A stretch of 40,578 nucleotides of DNA, taken from positions 1-40,578 of the forward strand of contig NIVC01004611.1 in the NCBI GenBank assembly GCA_002269645.1. The letters run 5' to 3'. Source of the DNA: Macrostomum lignano. Lineage: Eukaryota. The first letter of the stretch is position 1. Every line of letters starts with the position of its first letter. Made by a program: the position numbers and the translations under genes. The notes under the pieces are model-generated. The model was not told where the DNA came from, searched no databases, and worked only from the letters and a program-made list of their open reading frames with translations. Shown here one piece after another: positions 33,148 through 40,578 of this stretch.

Positions 33148-35884
33148 CTGCGGGATTCGAGGGCGGATTTGTTGATTCTAGTTTTACAGTCGGCAGTATG
33201 AAAATTCTGTAGGCCAATTAAAGTACCGAGTATTCTATTTTCCTTCCTCTGACATTGGGCCTCCAGCATTTTAGCTTTTAATTCTCGTCACAGAATGCTA
33301 GATTTTCAAACCAGCTTTCTCCTCCTCCATCAGGTCCAGTGCAAATTTTAGCAACCTCAGCTCTCTCTTCTCTCCTCGCCATCGCGACCTGACGGGTGGC
33401 ACAAATCCTGGCTAAGGAAGCTGGAACGCGTGTTTCTGCATGACCTGTCCCGGCGGCACAGCTTGGCCTCCCCTATCTCTTCCGCTCCCGCTGCTAGGCT
33501 CCTACTTAGTAAGACTTCTATTATATATGTGTATACTCCTTACTTCGCCCGCGCTGAAAGGAGCTCCGCCATTGCACGGAGCACAAGGAGGGAAGGCTGA
33601 AGGGAAGTTAAGGCTTTTGCGCCCCATCCGTCCTATTCTGTCCGTCTTCCAGCGCCCCGATATTCCCGTTCGCCCTGTCCCGCTTCCACTTCATCTTCTC
33701 CACCGTCTCCGGGCACCCTCGGGCGAGGCTCCCGCCTTAGCGGCTGCCGACGGGCCAAAGAGGGGCGGCGGCGGCTTCATTAACTTTGTGAGAGGCCCCC
33801 GTTCTGACTCTGCCCATCTCCCCTTCTCATCCCATCCCCCTTTCAATTCCCTCAATTCTTGCCCTCTTCTCTGTCATCTTGCCCCCCCCTCCCCCAGACT
33901 CCCGCCCTCTTTTCCTTTCTCCCTCCTTAGCTTTTGGGCCTTTCTCCTCCCCAGTTGCAGGCTCGATCGCTTACCTCCAGCGCGCACACATTCTGTGCGT
34001 TCCTCAGCAGCTTCGCCATTCCCCTCCAATTCTATAGCCGCTCCCAGGGTCTGCCGCCTTCCTCCAGTTGAATTAATAAGTGATTGATTATATCCCAGGC
34101 TGGCTGACTCCCTTCTGCTATACTCATAGCTGCTGCTGCTACCGCGAGAAAAAAAGTGAAGAAATGCGACCGAGCTTCATCTCAAAATAGATCTCAAAGT
34201 AGCGCAACAGCCATTGAAAATCTTCTCAGGATGAGGACAAGTCCGAATTCCTAGTATTAGCTACCCCCACCCCCCTAATCCACGACTTTTTCCCAAGACA
34301 GGTTCCTAGAAAGGTTTAGGACAGGAAGGGGTTTAAGTCGAAGGCCTGCCAACTGCCCCCTCTCGCTGGCGCGCCCGCCGGCAGATAGCGAAAGCAATTT
34401 CCGAAGCAGCTCGCTTCCTTTCTCCGGGGCCGATTTCTCGGGGCGTCACGGGGAGGAGAGGTGAGGGAGCAAAACGCTGCCTTCCTCCAGCCCAATATAG
34501 CTTAGCCAATTGCCCCGATCCCCAAATATATACCCCCCTGCCTCTTCCAAACCCATTTTGAGAGAGAAAGAGGCTGAGAGGGAGGCCGGGACGCCGGGCA
34601 GGAAAAGTAAAAGAAGTAAAAACTCTCCTCCAAGTTCCCGTCTCGAAAGATCGCCAACAACAAGGAGACAAGCAAGGAGAGCCGCGAGGGGATTTAGGCC
34701 GGGGGTTTGGGGGAGGGACTGGATGGGATTTGGGCGGGCTGCGGGGAAGGCCAGCTCTGGAAGCTTCCACGGGAGCGGGGGGAGTCGGAGACAGGCGAGG
34801 CAGGGCAAGCAAAAGGGCCAAAAGAGAGCAATGGAGCGATGGCGGAGAGTGGGAGGCTGCTGTCTGGGAAGGAAGAGATAGGCGAGAGGCAGCCGGAGAG
34901 CTGCCGGGATGGCATGGCGATTTAGAAGTTTCTGGGGTCTCGGCACTCCCGCCCCCCTCCCACACACGGCTCGTACTCTCTTCCCATCAATACCGGCTCG
35001 CATCCCGGAGCTTCTCCCGTCTCCAGGCATCTCCCAATCCTTCCATTTTTTCTGCATCTTGCTGCCTCTCTTCATTTCTTGCTCCCTCATCTGCTTCCTT
35101 CCTTTCCTGCTCCGCTTCCACTCTGCTTAAGCTGGCCCTGCCTGCCTCTCCCCAACTTTTTGCCGTTGCCCTCTCTGGAGCGGCATCGCTCGGATCAACT
35201 TTAATGGCTGGCTGATTCGTTTGGGACCCGCGCAGTTGCGCTGCACAGCCGCCCGCTTCTCTCTATTTGAGCTGTCCTCATCTCCTAAATCTGATTTTCC
35301 AGCTTCTTCTTTCTCCTAATCATCGGCATCATCGTATGATGAAGCCTGCCGCCGGAGTGGAGTCTGCGCAGCCCAGGGATTTATCTCATTAAAGCGGCTT
35401 ATATCTTATTCAGGATTTCTTTATATAATATTGAATGCATGGCGAAGCCGGACTTACTCGCTACTATGGGAGAAAGGTGACGCTCCCCAGCGTATGGGAT
35501 CCCTCCGTGTGCATGGGGGATAAAAGTAGCTATTTGGTTGAGAAGTATTGAAGCATTGTAGATGGAGTTGGTTCGAGTTTTGCAGTGAGCTTACACCCAC
35601 GCGTCCTCTGGTGGCGGAGCTGCCTGCAACCTCGGGGAAATGGGATAATTCCTGTCTGAGCCTGCGGCAAATTTTCTTTTGGCGCGTAGAAATGCAGGCG
35701 GGTGGGGGATTGTGGACCGATGGGAATTCCAGAGAGACACGCCGGGGAAAAGTGGAGCACCGTCGGATTTACGAAAGCTGCTCCGGACTAACAGACCAAC
35801 TGAGGATGAGGGAGGCAAATTCAAAGAGATTAATCTGGGATTAAAAGTTGCATCTGATGGAGCGGAATTCTGGATACTGTCAGA

Positions 35885-36054
<170 letters not shown>

Positions 36055-36219
36055 AGCCTTAGCCTTCGGCGTCACGAAGTCTACATGTGGCCAGAGCTTG
36101 GTGACTGGCACCGATAAATTCGAGCTACAAACCTGGAGTCCAGCATTTCAAGTCGTTATCTATACAGACAGGGACGACTCCACATTTTCGCCCCCAGACA
36201 ATCAGAAAAATTGACTCAC

Positions 36220-36301
36220 CAAGCCACAGGAAAAACTCGAACACGTTCGGATTCATGTCGAGTTTCTCGCCCTGTACAACATTGTAGATCGGCACTACGA
36301 T
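36220..36301 (-). CDS. Same GPCR, internal 82-nt exon (TM6 end, ECL3, TM7 start)
   Basis: AG acceptor at 36303-36302 and GTGAGT donor at 36219. Encodes IVVPIYNVVQGEKLDMNPNVFEFFLWL+G. Its length (3n+1) bridges the phase-0 upstream donor and the phase-1 downstream acceptor exactly. Confidence 0.88.
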
Positions 36302-37156
36302 CTGCAATTAGCAATTTGTGAAGCAAACATTGTCAGTCGGCATGCCTGAGTCCCGACACCCAGCCCCAGCTCAAAGTTTACCTGAGGAGGATCACCCTGA
36401 CCCAATTGTAACACTGTACTCCAGAAACAGTTTAGAGGAGACGACACGAGAATTCATTTTGGAGATTCGGGACTCACATTTTCAAAGAGCAGTGGGAAAG
36501 CGAGAAAGAGTGAGGGTGGAAGCGGGAGCAGAATCAATGCTTTCTGGGTTGCCCGAGTCCCCCTAGCTAATGTAACTGGACCGTCCGCATTTCCGCAGCA
36601 ATTCTGTTGTGCTCCTGGCTTCCCCGCGTTAGAGGATTTCTACCTTGGCCTTATTTAGTTAGAGCAGACTGGGGTTGAGCGGCATTGGCAACTACCCAGG
36701 CACCTCCACCCTCTTGCACCGGCAAATGTTTACCCATGGTGTTTGGACCAAAAAATGCGTTTTTTGCTTTTTAACGTTTTTCGACCCTGGAACTGCCTGT
36801 CTGGGGGGGGGGGGGTTCGGGCGGGGCTGTGGGTTGGTTCGGACCGGCATTCTGTCTAATTGTTTGATAGCAGCCCCAGCCCCCCTTGTGGTGCAAACTG
36901 GTCGTCTGTTTGCTGCGGCTGGACCTGCGCCACTCCAAATGATAACATTGGGACATTGTGGCCAGATTTGCTGCAACATGAAATTGGGGAATATCGAGAT
37001 TGCATGCCAATGGAAACTGACAGAGAGAATTAGAGGGGTGAGAAGTTAGGATGAGAAGAAATGGAGAGGACATGAGAGGACAAAAAATGACATTAAAGGA
37101 AAGGTGAATAGAAGTGAAGAAAGGAAAAATAGAGGAGAAGAAGGAGAGGCAGAGCA

Positions 37157-37234
37157 GAGAGGAGAGGAGAGGAGAGGAGAGGAGAGGAGAGGAGAGAGAG
37201 AGGAGAGGAGAGGAGAGGAGAGGAGAGGAGAGGA
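37157..37234 (+). repeat. (AGGAG)n microsatellite in a GPCR intron
   Basis: Pentanucleotide run with one interruption. Confidence 0.9.
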
Positions 37235-40072
37235 TCCAGCCTGATCAGCACGCTGTCAGGCTCGCAGCGGCTGTGATTAGCCATGGGCCATGGGAGATTT
37301 CTCCACTGCTCGGCAACCGCGGGACAGAAGCATTTCTTACGGCCAGCTTTCTTCCTTGGCGCCAGCTCTTCTCCTTCAGCCGGAGGGGAGTATTGGGAGA
37401 TTATTCCCCTCCCGTCAGTCCTCTCTGGACGGGAGCCCCAAGGAGGATTACAAGAGGCTCGGAGGTAGAGTCTATTCGCAGTTTTTTTGCCCCCCCAGCG
37501 GTGCGGGGATTTGGCGAGTATAGAAGAGAGTGGATAGGCATTTTTTAACAATTCTCTCCCTCTCTGTTCCAGCGCGCAGAGGCTGTTGCCACTATCTGGC
37601 TTTGCCGCTGTTTGAGCACGGGAGCTAAAGGAGAGACGGGGGCCGGCCTGAGCACCGCAAGGGCCAGCGGGCCATGGCGTACAGAACCGGGAGGTTGGCC
37701 GTTCCTAGATTGCTGCTCAGGCCTGCAGCTGAGGTAGGGGGGGGGGGCAGGCGGAATGCCTTCGGTGCACTGCCGGCGCCACGCCTAACCGTATCGGAAT
37801 GCATGCGAAGCTGGTCAAGGTGAGCCAGTGTTTTAGTCCGAGCTGACTCGGACGCGGCCAGGTTGTAAGAGGGCCCAGCCGGTGGCCTTTGACTGTCGCG
37901 AGAATCCTTCGCGAAGAATGCGGGCTTTCGGGCTGGGGCTTCTTCCGCTTCCCCGGTCAATGGAGCGTGAAAACTGCTGCCGGCTTGGCGGGGAGATCGG
38001 GACAGCCCGAAGCAGGGCAGCGAATGAAAGCGAGAAGGAGCTGGGAAAATCATGGGCCGGATTTATCCAAATGTCCTTCTTTACTTCCCTTTATCCCCTG
38101 CCTGCTAGGAGCCGCTGGGGGTCAGCGGAAGGGGAGATGGGAACGCACAAGTTTAAGCCAAAATCTTCCCAAACCACCCTTGCTTTTGCACTTTCTGTTT
38201 ACCTTCGTGAGAGAGTTCTTCAACAGTAACAGCAAAGGAGTCCGGGGCGGGGGAGAGAGAGGGGGAGGATAGGTCTATTGTTGACAGTGTCTTCCACAGT
38301 CCCGCCTGTCTCCCAGCTGTGTCTCCCGATTGTCTTACTTGTTGAAATAGCAAAACTCTCCAACCCAAAACCATCCAGTTTTGGAAAGCTGATGCTGCTA
38401 ATACTAACTCAGAACCAGTCAGTCTGCAGACTTTGCCGGGTCAGTGAAGCGAGCGCCATCTGGAACTCATCCGCTTGGGTCATAAGTGCCCCGGCACTCC
38501 TCCTGGCTCTCTATTTCGCATTGTTGTACTGCAGTGCGCAGCCTAGAAGAGGATTCTGCTTCCCTAGCTGAAAGCTGCACTTCATCTTCGATACTGCGAT
38601 ATGGAGAGACGGGGAGACGGGAGCGGGCGCCATCTCACGCTTGAGCGGTCGTAAATAGCCCCGAGTCCTTGACACTGCACTGGGGTGCAGCTCACCTTCC
38701 CCATCGTGACAGGGGGAGTCTGCTGAGCCTCCGTCCGCCTCTCTCCCCGCTTTTCTTTCTCCCCCACTCTCCGCTCCACTCTGTTAGCTCAGCTGCAGCT
38801 CCCGGCGCTGCAAGCGAGAATAAGTGCATCATGATTGCTAGCAGGGTTGGTTTTATTTTTAAGAAGGGTAAAAGCAGGTCGCTTTCTTTCGGATACCTTC
38901 GACTGAGACGGGGTCGAGAGGCCTTTCTCTTTCTCAGCTTTTCTCGGGCTATTCTCAACATGAACTTATCAGACTGGGCAGAAAGTGTAGCACTTGTGAG
39001 GATCGTCTCATCACCCCCCCCCTTTCTCGACCAGTCCTCGAGACGGCTCCTCATGAGCGCCAAAATCTATCGGAGGGTGAGCAATCCGCTCCTAGCATCT
39101 GCTTCCAGCGCCCCTGCTGCTTCTGTTTACACTCGACGGTTCGGCGCGGCACTTGCGGCACCACCTCTCTATTTCTCTCTTTCTAGCAATTTTTGCTTCT
39201 TCCGGGAGAAGAAGAGGCTATAGGGAGGCGCGAATTGGAAGACGGGCAGGGAGCAGACAAGCAGCTTTGGCGGGTCCTCAACAGCGCCTTGCCATCTCAT
39301 CTCATGCTTCTGAGCAAGTGACTACACACTGAGTGACTGCCTGTCCCCTCATTCTCACAACTGCCTCCCATCTTCCCATTTCCATCGCCTTCCATCCATC
39401 TAGTTCACCCACCTCCCCACCCCAAAGCTCATGGGATTCCGAGGGGTGGCGGCGGAGAGACAGAGGAGGCGCCCTCGCCCTTGCTCGCGCTAATTATGCC
39501 AAGGCGGCAGGCACGCAAAACTTGAGCCAGCTCGCCGCTCAGCCTCTCTCGTCTCTCTCTCTCTCTTCTTCCTTCTGTCGCGGGGCTCTCAGCCGTGCAT
39601 TCGGCAGTCCAGCTGGCCGCCAGCTACCGTGGACAGCAGATGAAGGCCTCGCCAATACCGTCTAAGTCAAGAGCAGGGAGAGAGAGGGCCAGAGAGCTTC
39701 GACCAATTTGTAGTGCGGACAGGGTCAGGCACGGTGCAGAATATCTCCCCCGGGCGTCAGAAAAGGGATCTCCACGGTCTCTTGGGCCTGAGCTGAGCCC
39801 TGGTCAAGAATCTCAATCCTCAGTCCAGCAGGGGTATACTATTCGCTGAACTTTCCCAGCTTTCGTTCTGCTTTAATAAAATTCAATCTCATATCACGTG
39901 ACCGCTGCGGCACGCTCAACTGTGGGGAGGAGTTCGGCTGTGCACTTTATTGAATATGCATAGATCGGCGAAATCCAATTCTTCTGAGTTGAATGCTTTC
40001 TCTTCATCTTATTGTGAATTGAATCAAGCTATCGTACTCAAAATTTATTCAAAATTACCCCGAAAGTCTCAC

Positions 40073-40578
40073 CTGAATGATGAAGAACGGCAGCCAGCAC
40101 AGCGTGAAACAGCCCATGATGACGCCCAGCGTCTTGATGGCCTTCGAATCGCTGTTGTTCTTTTTGCGCGAGGCCGGCTGCCGCACTGACCGCTTCGGCA
40201 GGTCCGAGGCGGAGCTCTGCATGGAGGGCGCGCAGTCTGACCGTTCGGCAGCTGCTCGTCGATGAGGTTCTTGTCCTCCTGCTTGATGTGCACCACCTTC
40301 TGCTTCTCGTCGGCTTTGGCCATCTTCCTGGCCAGCTTGAAGATGTTGCCGTACAGCACCAGCATGATGATGAGCGGCAGGTAGAAGGCCCCGAAGGTAG
40401 CGTAGATCTGGTAGCCAAGCAGCTCCGGATAGCCGCAGTAGCCCGGACGAACTGCTCCTTCCAGCCGAACATCGGCGGGATGCTGATGAAGGCGCTCAGC
40501 AGCCACACGGCGGCGATCATGAGGCCCATGCGAGTTGGCGTGCGCTTCACCGCGTACTCGAACGGCTTCGTGATGACC
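40073..40578 (-). CDS. Same GPCR, exon covering ICL2-TM4-TM5-ICL3-TM6 (runs off the window; two apparent 1-bp deletions)
   Basis: Reads [77 protein letters not shown], then a GTGAGA donor at 40072. Frame restored by adding one base near 40445 and one near 40228. Confidence 0.88.

Overview
Repeat-rich eukaryotic (animal) genomic DNA. A flatworm such as Macrostomum is my inference from the receptor and RTE sequences and is not verified. The centrepiece (4450-14300) is a pair of Penelope-like retroelements (PLEs) with Neptune-type RT and GIY-YIG motifs, inserted at a (CT)n microsatellite: one complete pLTR-flanked copy and one 5'-truncated copy. The element has four unusual features. (i) ORF1 carries an apparently intact AlkB/ALKBH2-3-type 2OG-Fe(II) dioxygenase. 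(ii) ORF2 (RT+EN) has no ATG before its conserved N-terminal motif, lies in the -1 frame, and is joined to ORF1 by an in-phase U_UUA_AAC slippery heptamer. (iii) Each pLTR carries an identical minimal type I hammerhead ribozyme. (iv) The Zn-knuckle/GIY-YIG module appears to precede, not follow, the usual post-thumb linker motif. The rest of the window holds an intact hAT-type MITE with an 8-bp TSD, about a dozen mini/microsatellite arrays, a tRNA-derived SINE family (4 pieces), two 5S-like fragments and an RTE-clade RT fragment. It also holds three minus-strand exons (TM3 end to C-terminus) of a biogenic-amine, 5-HT7-like GPCR. Most frameshifts are single-base deletions, many in short homopolymer runs, and probably reflect long-read consensus errors.
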